Positions 14,600 to 27,165 of a stretch of 64,000 nucleotides of DNA are shown one piece after another. Made by a program: the position numbers and the translations under genes. Source of the DNA: Trichoplax sp. H2 (lineage: Eukaryota); assembly GCA_003344405.1 (NCBI GenBank), contig NOWV01000002.1, positions 992,001-1,056,000 on the forward strand, read 5' to 3'. A model generated the notes under the pieces. That model was not told where the DNA came from, ran no database searches, and saw only the letters and a list, made by a program, of their open reading frames with translations. Positions within the stretch are counted from its first letter, which is position 1; each line of letters starts with the position of its first letter.

Positions 14600-15155
14600 A
14601 GAATATCACTGTATAATTAATCCTCTAAGCAACATTGGATTGGAATGCAAAATATAGATATTATAAAGACTTGAAGCAACCTTATTAACTAATTTAATTA
14701 GAATGGGTGTGCATATCATACTGAAACAGTTTAAGGCATGTTTCAAAAGTATTTATTACCTATATTCTGAAGGCCAATTTCTCAGTCTATTTTGTGAGGA
14801 TTGTACGTCATTATTTTAGTACATTACTTTATTTCGTATCTTATAGAAATAGATGTATGGAATATGAATATAGAGACAGTAAAGGCTTGAAATATACTTA
14901 TTAAGTCATAGAATTAGTATCAGGTTAAAGATATATTAAAAAACAACCTTGTGGCTTCTTTCTGCGATCTTAATCGAACTGTATCTGATCTCCATTTTTA
15001 AGATCAATTTACACTTAGTCTATTTTATACGGATTATATGTCATCATTTCGAGATATCACCGTATATCATATCCTCTAAGGAATGTCGATCTAGAAATAA
15101 AATAGAGACAGACTAAGGGCTTGGAATAAACTTATTCAGTAATTGAGTTAGTAAG
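14600..15155. repeat. Diverged tandem repeat, 2-3 copies of about 200-235 bp
   Basis: agtctatttt...ggatt..gtcat and atagagacag..ggcttg.aata.acttatt recur at ~14783/15017 and ~14870/15102; a weaker copy lies at ~14600. Confidence 0.65.
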
Positions 15156-15377
15156 AAAGTATTTGGTTCTAAAAAGCATTTTAATCCTAGCTGTTAAATG
15201 ATCTTCATTCTTATTAAAGTACATTTGGATACACTCAGCCTTCTTTACTCATTCAGAATGTATCTCATCATTTGGCCATTATTAAGAATCGTTTTGTTAT
15301 TTCTCGTGAATATTATTTCTCATTATGTGCTTTTGATTGACCTTGGACAGTAACTTACCGATAGCCTAAAAGTGTAT

Positions 15378-15830
15378 ACCTATTAAACTATAAGATGCTT
15401 CTTTATTATTAGCATTTTCTTAACCTCATTATGCAACGTTCCATAACCTATACTAGTCATAAATTATTGGAAGATGATTGTTCTCATCGGGTTATTTCGA
15501 TAGACCTTACACAGTAGCTTGTCAATAACATAAAAGTAATTCCTATTACAGTATAAAATACTTCTTCGCTATTATCAACATTTTCTCAAGCTCATGATAC
15601 AAGTTATATAACCTAGATTAGTAATAAATTATAAATATTGGAAGATTAATGTGTGTTGTCATCAGTTGTGTACGATGCATCTGCTATGCAGTAGTTTGTC
15701 AATAATATAAATGTATAATCCTATTTAACTATAAAATACTTCTATATGATCAGCATTTTCTTATAATGCAATATTCCATAAGCTGATCTAGTCATAAATC
15801 ACTGGAAGACGATTGTTTATAATCAATGGA
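15378..15830. repeat. Diverged tandem repeat, 3 copies of about 165-180 bp
   Basis: cctatt...tataa.at.cttct...cattttct...tagt.ataaat...ggaaga recurs at ~15379, 15542 and 15720. Confidence 0.8.
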
Positions 15831-16849
15831 TGACTATACTATCACCTATCTGATGATAGTACATTAGAAGCATTCAGCAACCCATACTTTCACAAGATCT
15901 TTAATTGGAATTTCACCAGACTCTTTCAATCATCTCTATCGATAGTATAAATCCAAATTGGCTAACACCAGAGCATACTAATTCAACGATTTCCTTCTCT
16001 GATGATGACGTAGTTGTACTAATTAATCCTCAATATAGAAAGGCTAAGAATGGATTAGACAATGATGACAATAATCGGCTTAACCTATGGCGTCTATGCC
16101 TGACTACGGTATACAATCGTAATGATATACAGAGTCGGGAAAGAATTCTATACATTGCTAATTGCAATAATATATAGTTAGAGCAAATAGGGGAAAAACT
16201 GCGGCCAACATCAATAGAGAGTGCTCAGATTGGTCTTATTATGACGGCTAGAGGAAAAGACAAAAGTAATTATGCATATCCATCCTTACATTATCATGTA
16301 AAAGCCTTCTAAATATGCAAGACTACCGATAAGGACAAGGTAGATAGACTACAATTCAACTGAATCACAAGAGGAATAATAACTTTATCTACTCTACTGG
16401 GGTTAGTATTCTAAACATTAGTCAGCGAAACGATAAAAGAGACGGAGAAAAAAAAGGTATAGTCCTGCCATTAATTTTATCGATTGAACTTGGATTTCTC
16501 AACTAGATCGATTAGTGTCGCTAATTAAAATGATTGGTCATCAGTATTAATAACTGCCAAGATAATCTACTTGGCAATATCACCGGTCTAAATTTACTAT
16601 TCAATCGAATAAATCATCAGCAACTTATTGTCTTCATAACTGTAAGTAAACTTTTTCATCACTTCTACATGTATTCGTCGACGATTTTACTTGTAGGATA
16701 TCAATCATTCTCTTGTATTACTGATTACGATCTATTCTTATTCGACTTTTTCCAAATTTCTCCGAATATTCAATCATGACTAAGCCAGCTAAATCATTTA
16801 TAACGATCATTCTTTTATGCCCAATAAACTTTATTTTTCCTATAGGCTA

Positions 16850-17535
16850 GCAAGCTATTCTGTTCTATATCATCGTCGATTCCATTCGATCATCGACAAG
16901 AGTCAATTTTTCTTGTAAGTTCTACTCAGGTAGCTACAATTCTCCCGTCCAATATCATTAACTTACGTGTTCATCGATCAAGCTTTCAATTTCTATTTGA
17001 TACCATCGAGAGCTATCGGCTTTCTTCCCTAAAGCATTGACTATATTCCAGTTTTCTTATTCAATATCATTCAATCAAGTAGGTTAACTTAACTTAACGA
17101 ACTCCTTTTTGAATAGGTTATCAACCTATTCTCTTCAATATCATCGACTCCATTAGATAGACCATCTATTGATAGTTATTTCTCTAGCAAGTTCTACTTA
17201 AGTGGCTAGAGGTTTTTTCATCCAATATCAACTACTTACTGGTCTATCGAGCTTGGTAATTGCTATTTAGTGCCATCAATAGTCATCGATTTCCTCTTAA
17301 GGCTATCATTATACTCAAGTTATTTTTTGTTCAATATCATCAATTCCATCATATCGTCTATAATAATCAATTTCTCTTGCAAGTTCTACTCAGGTTGCAA
17401 GAGTTATTTCGTCTAATATCATCCACATATGGGTTATCGATCTTAGTAATTTCTATCTGATACCATCGATAGCTATCAATTTCCACTTCTCGAAAGCTTT
17501 TACTATACTCGAGTTTTCCTATCTAATATCATCTA
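16850..17535. repeat. Diverged tandem repeat, 3 copies, in the putative 5' UTR intron of SLR1
   Basis: aagttctact.a.gt and .aatatca..., then ct.tt/c.gataccatcga-like blocks, recur at ~16917, 17189 and 17381. Flanked by a donor at 16642 (gtaagt) and an acceptor at 17762. Confidence 0.8.
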
Positions 17536-17824
17536 ACCACCAGTTTTTGTTGAATTTTTGCTCTTTCTACTGAAACTATTCACTTTTAATGCCATTGATC
17601 AATTTAGATTATCAATAATCATCCATTTCGATTATTAATTGTCATCTCATTGCTTGAATCGGTACTAATCGATGCTCGAAAGCCATCCATTTTATACCAG
17701 GTTGCACCCTGTTTTACTTCTGTCATTTTACTGAGCAATATCTACTCTATTCTATCCTCTAGACAAGCTAGTATTTATGGAAAAGAATCAAGATTGATCC
17801 CCTATCTTGTTGAATTCAGTGAAA

Positions 17825-20800
17825 ATGGATACGATGAGCACAGTTAGCAGTGCTACCATCAGTCGTAGCCAATCGGGCATACTGGATTCTCAAAGCAATC
17901 CACTCTTAGATCGCTACCTGAATAAAAATTACATAAATGATTTAATGAACAATGTTTTCCAACATTACTTATTTCTATCGGAAACTGATAGTAATTCTCA
18001 TATCCATTTCCAACTTGGCTACATCTATCATCATGGCTTCGGATCGGTACCTAAAAATTTAAACAAAGCATTTTATCATTACCAGCTGGCTTCTGATGCA
18101 AAACATCCAGCAGCACAATATATGTTGTATAAATTATATGGGAGTGATCCTGCTAAAAGCGATTGCTATGTTCGAATTGTTAGTGAAGATGAATTGGTCG
18201 ATTTAAAAGTGCGCACTTATGTTAAATCAGCAGCACAAGATAATCACTACTGTAAAGCCAATTTAACCTTATGGAAAGCCTATCGTAAATCTCAATTATG
18301 GCATGATATCATCAATCGAGCTGTTGAACGTTATAAGCAAATTTTAACCGATGTCAGTGAAGGCCGTCGAACGATGGAAACCGATCAATTAGCTGAAACT
18401 TACAACGAAATCGGCTATCTAACGGTGCAGTTAAACTTAAATAATAGCGCTAGCATTTATCGTCGTGCTATGGATTATTTCACTCGTGCTTGCCAGTTAG
18501 GGAATGGTGCTGCCTATTTCAATGTTGGCTGTATGATGTATCATAATAGTTTCGGTGTTAAACGCGATGAATTAAAGATACAAGAATATTGCTTGAAAGC
18601 AGCAGAACGGCATCATCCTCGTGCTTTATATGTATTAGCGCGACAAAAATTAAATCCACGCATTAATTGTGAAGATGATTGCTTACTCGCCTATAGCTAT
18701 TTAAGAGATTCTTGCACCTATCGTTATTCATCGACATTATTAGAATTAGGTTATGTCTATTTAATGGGGATTGGTGGGCAAATGAAAAATTTCAATATCG
18801 CAAGGCAATTCTTTGAAGAAGCTGCAGTCGCTTTCGATTATACCGATAGTTTTGGTAATATTCGCGCATTTCATGTCTTAGGTTATATGTATGAGCAAGG
18901 ATTAGGCTGTGATATCGATTATTCACGCTCTGCTTGTTATTATGCCTATGCTGCGCGCAAAAATAGCTACGAATCTTACTGTAAATTAGCCAAATTAATT
19001 GAAAAAAATCGTATACCAAGTCGCGATGTCAATGATGCAATCCAATTATATCAATTAGCCATCGATGCTAGCTATCATGCTGTTGGTTATGCAAATTATC
19101 GTTTAGGTAAATTATATTGTCGAGAAGGGGCAGCATATTATGATGATCGATTAGCATGTAAGCATTTTGTGGAAGCTTTTCGTTATTATGATGAAGCAGT
19201 ACGACAAAAGGAGCCAACAGCTGGCCAATGTTATCATATTGGAGTTATGTATCAATATGGTTATGGTGTGAAAGCCGATGGTGGTAAAGCGATCGATTTC
19301 TATCGCTTAGCCATGAATTGTGCTGGCTTAACTTATAACATCTTGGATAAATGGTATGGTAAGAAAGCCAAACGTCAATATGATCAATATTTAACGCGTC
19401 AAGATCATGCCAATCAAGAAGAAAACGGACAAGATGATCGCCACAATTCAAATTATAATTCTGATCGACCTAATCGACCGATCTTGTCTGCTTTTACTGA
19501 TGCTGCTGAAATGAGGCAATCACTCAATGATTTAGATGGTTTCCGTCTTGATTCCAAAGGTCTCCAGGTGGAACAAATTGAATTATTACCCCTGCTATCT
19601 CTTTACGATCAATGTGAAAATTTATCCACTGATCCATCTGAAATACCATCCATTTTAGATGAAAAATTAACCACCGAATTTCAATCCTTAGCTGCTGATA
19701 ACCTTCAAGTCAAGGATATCTTCCTGGAAGGTTATATCCAATTATTAAAAGAAGAAATTGTTAATCTTGATAATCAACAGCGTAATATTGATACTGCTAT
19801 TGAAAATTTAAAAACTAACTTAACAAGTGATGAGAGAGATACCAGCCAAGAATTAGCTCGTTTAATTCAGGAATCAGAAGATTACACTAAAATTAGGAAT
19901 GATAAAATGAAAAAAATCTCCAATCTACAACATGTCCAAAATTATCCTCCACTATGTACATTCTATCATAGTTGTCGATTATCCTTAATTAAAGCATTAT
20001 TAATACCTTCCCTCGAGCGATTAGATACAAGTGGTGAAATCTTTTTCGATCCTACTGTTACCATGGAATTGAAAACTATTTCAAGCCAGTTATTACTCTC
20101 CGATAATAATAGTCCATCCTTAGCTAAAAAATTAACTGCATCACCAACGCCTTCATCATCATCAGCAGCAGCAGCATCCTCTTCTTCAACCCACCGCCAT
20201 CGATTATCGCATCCCTCTCAACAAGAGCGATTAAAAATAACACGAATTGGTCTACAACGTGTGGAGAAAATTGCTGACAAAATTGCTCGAATGTTAACAC
20301 TTAGTTACGAAAATCAATTATTATGTGTTACAAGTTGTGGTGCTAAATTATTAGGCCAATGTGCACTTGAATTTGTCCAATGTTATTTACCTCACCAATA
20401 TGATCAATCAGAACCATTACCAGCATCTGTGGTAGAATTCGATGAATGGATCATTCATACATTTATTCAAGGTATTACTGCCAATAATCATGAAACCGAG
20501 CAAACTTTACCCGTCAGCAATCGACGAGTACCTTGTGTTGTGATGGGGACGGAATGGACAGTTTATGGAGTCTTTAAGAAGCCAAGCTTGATGACGAGTG
20601 ATGGTGATTACTTTGCCACTTCCACATCGGATCCAGCAAAGTATGGCTACCGTTATGTCAACCGTAAAGAATTGGAACAAATTAAATTGCAAACGCAAGA
20701 AATTGAGGTAACCATCACAACACCAGCATCGACAACATTATCATCATCGTCTTCTACAAGTGTTGATTTATCCTTAGCTGTACAAGAGCAGTCAACAACA

Positions 20801-22964
20801 ACAACAAGCAGCAATCAGCTATTAGCGACACCGACAACAGTGCAAGAAATGTCGACAAGCCGTATCTTAGCTCGTGAGAATGATTTATTAAATCAACAAG
20901 TTTGCGAATTAATGAATGAAGTCCAAAAATTGAAGAAATCGGCCTACAATGCTCAAGACGATGTCGATGCAAGCAATGAATCACAACAGCTAACAAGCAA
21001 CGATAAAATATTGCAACCGTTATTACAAGAAGTCAAGCAATTACGTAGCGATGTTAATCTCTTGAAGAAAATTTTAATCTCCAAAGCGTCATCGGATGAA
21101 CAACAAGATTTAGCCAATTTAGTGCGAGAATTAGCCTTGACGAGGAGCGATACAGCCGAAACATTATCCGGTATGTTTCTATTCTGTCTACTGTAAGCTA
21201 TTTTTAGTATGGATTACTTTATTTCTTGATGAATAAAGATCACAATCTGTTTGATTTTAGATATGATTGATGAAAAGTCTTCTGTTATACTCGAAAGTGA
21301 GGGAAATAATATAGATGGTAAGTTAGGATAATACTGTAATTTATTGTGGCCTCCGTATTGAATTCTACAAATCCCAATAGCGATTCATAAAATAAATTCA
21401 CTTTGCTTGTTCCGTTATTAAATCTTTCCATCAGTCTTATTTCCTACATTACTGTTTTGATATTACAATTAGCTAATTGCTTTAGCTAATACTAATACAT
21501 AGAACTGACTAATTCTTTAAAAGAGAATCCGACAAAAAAGCAATCAGCTTGATATGTACGAGTAGATACAGAAGTATACTTTTTCTCAAGTGTTATTCAG
21601 GACTAGTTTTGCTTGCCATTGAAATTAAAATATCTGCAATCTTCCATGATTGGGAATAACTATGTATCGTAGGCGATCTGAACTACACGAAATAGTCAAA
21701 TTATTGCAAGATTAGTACCAAAATACTATAAAAGATTGTCGAGCTGTTGACATATAGATTCAATTATCCTTTAAACAGGCATTTGTAAATTGATCAAGCT
21801 ATTTAGCGAAAATATATAGCATAGGCACCAGTAATTATGCAAGTTCTAATTCTGTAACTTGCTTCAAAGCTTACAGTATAATTCTAAATAATTACAATTT
21901 AATCAAGCTGGCCAGCGATTACGGTATGGATTTAGTATACAAGCTGTACGAACGTTTGTTCTTTTTAATTTTTATTTCTGTTGCCTAGTATAAGACTTCT
22001 GTTTACTTTCATAGACCTATTTAGAGTGTATAGTAGCTATCCAGCAAAATTCTGTGATTACTCTATACATTAATTACGAATTATCACTATAGAAAAATTC
22101 AAATTTGACCTGTTTATCGGACTATCGGTATAGGCGAGTTGTCGATGTATAGATTCAATAATGATATAATTCTTTAAACATATTTTCATAAATTGATCAA
22201 GCTATTAGCGAAAAAGATATAAAATCAGCGGCAGTAATAGTGAAAGTTTCGATTCTGCAACTTACTTCAAAGCTTACTGTATAGTTCTTAACTGATGTCA
22301 TCAAGTTATCCAGCGATTGCGGTATAGACTTAATATAAAGTATTGGTTCTTTCAGTTTTATTTCTGCACCTAGTTCAAGGCTTACGACTACTTTTATAGA
22401 CCTATTTAGAGTGCACAGTAGCTATTTAGCAAAATATTTAATGGTTGCTCTATACACTGAATACGAATTATCTATAAAATAATTTCAAATTTGACCAATT
22501 GGTAAGGCTATAGCTTAAATCGAGCTGTTGATCCAGTTTGAAAGGCTAAAGTTTAACTTTATGCAAATTTACAGCGAGTAGTTGTAAAATGGCATTTATA
22601 TGAATTGCTATTGTTATCAAAATTGCTCTAAATTAATTGTTATCCTTTAGAATGATAATAAAGCTAGAAAATTCTTTATTAAAGTAAATAAAATTGCTAA
22701 TTTAAGTCATTTATATTTATGAAACTACTTTAGAAAATGTCCGAGAAACCCGTGGAACAGCTGATATCAAAGATAACGAGTGAGCTTACTATTCCTATCA
22801 TTTAATATATTTATCCATACCTATCCTAACACTACCAATGCTTTTTAAATTAGTTTAAAGTTGTGATATTAATACGAGTATTGGAATTAAAAATTGTTTA
22901 ATCTATTTCCTACTCATGTCGAGTTTATTCATTTCTATTTAGCGACGAAATGGTCATGGTTTAA
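17825..22964 (+). CDS. SEL1-like repeat protein 1 (SLR solenoid + coiled coil + unannotated globular domain + coiled coil)
   Basis: Large exon 17825-21170 with SLR motifs (FQLGYIYHHGFGSVPKNLNKAFYHYQLAS; LGYMYEQGLGCDIDYSRSACYYAYAA; IGVMYQYGYGVKADGGKAIDFY). In-frame small exons 21261-21317, 22734-22778 and 22943-22964 end DDEMVMV*. Confidence 0.9.
21740..22532. repeat. Diverged tandem duplication, period about 395 bp, in an SLR1 intron
   Basis: aaattgatcaagctatt, cttcaaagcttac.gtata, atagacctatttagagtg and ttcaaatttgacc are each present twice at about 390-405 bp spacing. Confidence 0.9.
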
Positions 22965-24429
22965 GAAATGGCCAGAATAAGAACGAAGCGTGGATAAGAA
23001 TATCATTAACATCGCACTATAGCTACTTTAGAAAATACGATCCATTTGATATTCTGTCTACTGCAGAAAAAATTTTGAATACATATTTCCTGAATATTAT
23101 GTGAAACTTTACTAGTCTTAACTACAGATACGATGCTACTATTTTTAAGATACATAATCAAAGCATGAATCCGCGAATCCTGTTTTTATCCTAAATTATG
23201 TTTAAATAATAAAACATATACCTTTCTAATCATTTTTATATCAACCTAAACTATCATTTACTATGGATTTGCCAAATTTTACATTAAAAATTTCATCAGC
23301 AATTCTATATTGCAATGATCACTACGCTTGATTACCTATCCGTTTTGCCGAATTTGTATACTTAAAAACATTGAATATATCACGAATATGATAGGCAAAA
23401 CATTACTGCGCCTTTTTGACCATTGATTGAGCCAAAAAATAATTTTTTGCTCACCAAATTGAATATGCAATTAATCTTTTTATGGAAAATGATCGCCTCA
23501 ATTTTGTCATATAGATATTGGAGAAAATTTATCAATCATCACTTATGTTAACAATATTTGCAATGAAAATCTTGCTAGACATGTAATAATAAAAGATACG
23601 AATAGAATTTACACGACTCTATATTCATTTTTATACTCTTAATTAATTATGATGTGTTATTAGCCTTGATATTTTAATCGTTATGAGTTTCGTAACTATT
23701 TTTGATCATTTACTCTTCTTTTGTAACTATTTTATGGCAAGAATGGTCTAATTTAACCTGTTATGCCTAAACCTATATTAAGACACTATAAGATACTACA
23801 TCTATCACCTTTATCCTTGAAACTGAAATCGACAGTAGAGTAGGATTTGCTTTGAGTCGCTTATTTATCCTTTCTCGTTTAATCCGTTGCATTTGGTAGC
23901 GAGAATAGCCAATGTTAACCTGTTATCTCTTCATAAAATTAAGATACAGAGAATATGCTACTCATTTTTGAAAGTAAAATCTATAGTACAAAAACATGGC
24001 AAATTTTGAGATATTTATAAGTAAACTCGTCTAGGCTGAAGCAAATTGTGTCAGCTGATCAAAAATAATATCATAACATTATAAAACGAAAGTATAAAAT
24101 CTAAATTAGCATTTTTAAAGTCTATTTATAGTCCGTGGCTAGATATTCCAATTAAGTATTTTGTGAGACATTCAAGAAGGGAAAACCGTCTTTATCGAGA
24201 TATACAAGTACATCATTGTACTCTAATTTATAGCAAGCTAATTAACTTGATTTATGAGACAAATTGGAAATACACAACGATAGCTAAGGATAACTTTGCC
24301 CTTTCTTGCTTTCCTCTTAATTTACTTGCTATGATAGCAGTATAATGAAGATTTGTTTTTAGGATTCTACTTCAAGTTTCTGTATTGAAACAAGTGTTGT
24401 GGCTTTAAAAAGATTACAACATACTTTGC

Positions 24430-24760
24430 TGAACCCAAACTTGATTGAAAAGGCAGTCCATTGATAGTTTATTTAAATCAATACAGTTATTAGTAGTTAG
24501 ATAATATTATACAACTGTGCACTTATCTATTTAAAACATGCATAAAATCATAGATAAATTAATATCGTTACATTCCTAGATAAGTAATCTTGCAGAAACT
24601 ATGTTACAGTAGCTATTAACCCTCTTATACCAAGTTGAACCTAAACTTGATTAAAAAATCATTCAATTTATAGTAAATTTGCATCAATATCAGTTATCAG
24701 TGTTTATATAATATTATAAAAGTATACACTTATCTATTAAAAATATGTATAAGGTCATCT
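24430..24760. repeat. Diverged direct repeat, period about 207 bp
   Basis: gaacc.aaacttgatt.aaaa...cagttat...ataatattata..cacttatctatt occurs at ~24431 and ~24637. Confidence 0.8.
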
Positions 24761-25017
24761 TGAGGAAGCTATGATAAAAGTAATTTTATTTAAGAGGAAA
24801 ATTGGAATTCATCAGAAATTAATCGTTGTAGTATAGGTAACGGCTAGAAAATCAATTAGTTTTTAAAGTCCATTTTCATAAATCACTAAAGACTTTATTA
24901 CTAGGCTGAAAGTGATGGTAAACTTGATAAATTAATTTAAAACCAATTTGCAATATTGATGAGAATCTAGGATAGCGATATTATACGTTAGGTAAAACTC
25001 TGCTAAAGATAAAAGGC

Positions 25018-25625
25018 CAATGATACGGATGCTAATTAAAAGAATTTAGCAATATAATGATCAGTGAGGATAGATTTATTAAAGGAAAGGAGAGGATTAT
25101 GAATTCTTGCACGACACTACTCATAGCATGTATAGTAAAGTCATTTCAAGACCAATTAGCTCAATCCTAACTAAAATTGAGCAATTTGTCCATCCTTCCC
25201 TATGTTTTACACCATGCTAGAAATAGTTATTCCCACTATTATCGAAACATGATTCCTATCTGATCTATTCTAAACTCAATTATTCTACTCCACTAATGGT
25301 ATTGACACTATTAAAAAATCTTTAAGGATAACTTTATCGTTCTGATGGAGGTCAATGGTATGAATAATCATTAAAAGAATTTATCGATATGATGATCGCT
25401 GAAGATAGTGTATTAAAGGAAGGGAAAGATTATTCATTCTTACACTGTACTACATGTCATAGCATCTAGTTAATGGAGTTCAAGGACAATTTAGCTCAAC
25501 GATAACTAAGGATAAGCAATTTGTCCTTTCTTTCCTATGTCTTTCACCAAGACCGAAAGAGTCATTCGTACTACTAGCAAGCTGTCATTCTCATCGACTC
25601 TATTCTAAACTAAACTCTTCTACCC
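25018..25625. repeat. Diverged tandem duplication, period about 335 bp
   Basis: attaaaagaattta, tattaaaggaa.gg, ttagctcaa, agcaatttgtcc and tctattctaaact are each repeated at about 335-340 bp. Confidence 0.85.
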
Positions 25626-27165
25626 TTAGCCACCATTTTGCCGTTCATGGAATTAGAATATCCAATTCTAATCATGACAAATCTTTACAGAGTACTAACA
25701 AATAGCCATTACCTATAGACAACTGAATGACGTCAATTGGAGTAAGGCTAATTAAGTTAGCCTTCTCTACTAACCAATGATAATGTCTAAGTAGACAATT
25801 CTCTTTGAAAAGAGGACTAATCCTTGCTGGCACTTGGACGCATTGGAACTCTATACTATTGGATAAGCAATCCAGTCTCTCATGTTACCATATGTTAACA
25901 ACATACTGCATCGATCAATTAAATACTTCTTCTATAGCGATTGGATGCAAGCATGATTGTGCGAAAATTTGCTTTTGTCCCCGTTATTATCATGTAAACT
26001 AGGATGGCACAAGTATAAAGCCATTGATGTCTGCTTCCATTGGAGGTCCATGTATGAAGAGTAGAAGAAGAATGTTGAAAGTAGAGTAGAGTAGAGGATA
26101 CCCACATTTTTCCATATAATAAATCAATACAGCAAGTGGTAGTAGTTGTGCTAGTAAGTTGAAATTGATATTGAAATTTATGGACAATGAAAGCTCAAGC
26201 TAAGTTTAGAATGGAGTCAAGACTGCTCTAGTTGCCTTCAATCAATATCGATCCAATTTTTATTCCTTTATTTTTCTACCTTAACCCTATCGAAAGACAG
26301 CGCTAGTAATCCTGAATTCGATCCAATCTCCTCAAGTTCTCCTTCCTTGTTTCTTTTTTATTCTTGCTTAGTCATCAATCGACTCATTAAGATTTCAAAG
26401 AAGCCTGACGACATTGATATCAGCCATCTCTGTAGGATAGAGCTTTGATGATTGACGTGGTCTACACTGCTTAAATCATTACATCCCTGTCCATGACATT
26501 GACATTGATAGAAAGGGAAATTACAGCCATTTCTACCTTATTACAACTAGCAATATAAACAGGAATATCCACATTTGTTTCTACAGCTTCAAATGACAGA
26601 AAGGATTCATACTATGTATCAATGATAGCATCAATACGACTTTAATGATTGCCGACCATTAAAAGATTATTCTTCCGTCTACTAACCGTAGTGGAATTTC
26701 TTCATAGCAAGATCAATCTATTCCTTTTTTAGTCAATATTACGTCCAATATTAAAGACGATAGGCAAGTAATGATCCAAAAGATTTCGATCACAACCAGG
26801 TATTAACATCTAATTTTCCTTATCTTAAAGTACGGAGATTTCCTGCTAGTAAAGTCAAGACCATCTCTTGTCGCTAGGATCTCTAATTACATTAGTGATC
26901 ACTTACAAAAGCTAATCTCGCTCTAAACACAAGGAAGAAAAGTAATTAAAAATTAAATTATTACGGTAATTGACTGGATGTTACTAAAATACAATTATTG
27001 TTATTATTGGTAATCAGCAAGGAGAGTTGTTTTTATTTCTACGGAAAAATTAATACAGTAGGATTAAGTCAAAAAGTAAATCAAAACAATTCCATAGAAA
27101 GTGATCCCTAGACCTACTGCTTGGCCAATCTTCTTCCCCTTGTATTCTGCATTCAATCGATCGTG

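Noticed and set aside
18792..20996. Antisense and alternate-frame ORFs within SLR1 (similar ones within SLR2, SLR3 and the acidic exon)
   Set aside because: Shadow ORFs of real coding exons, with no independent evidence.
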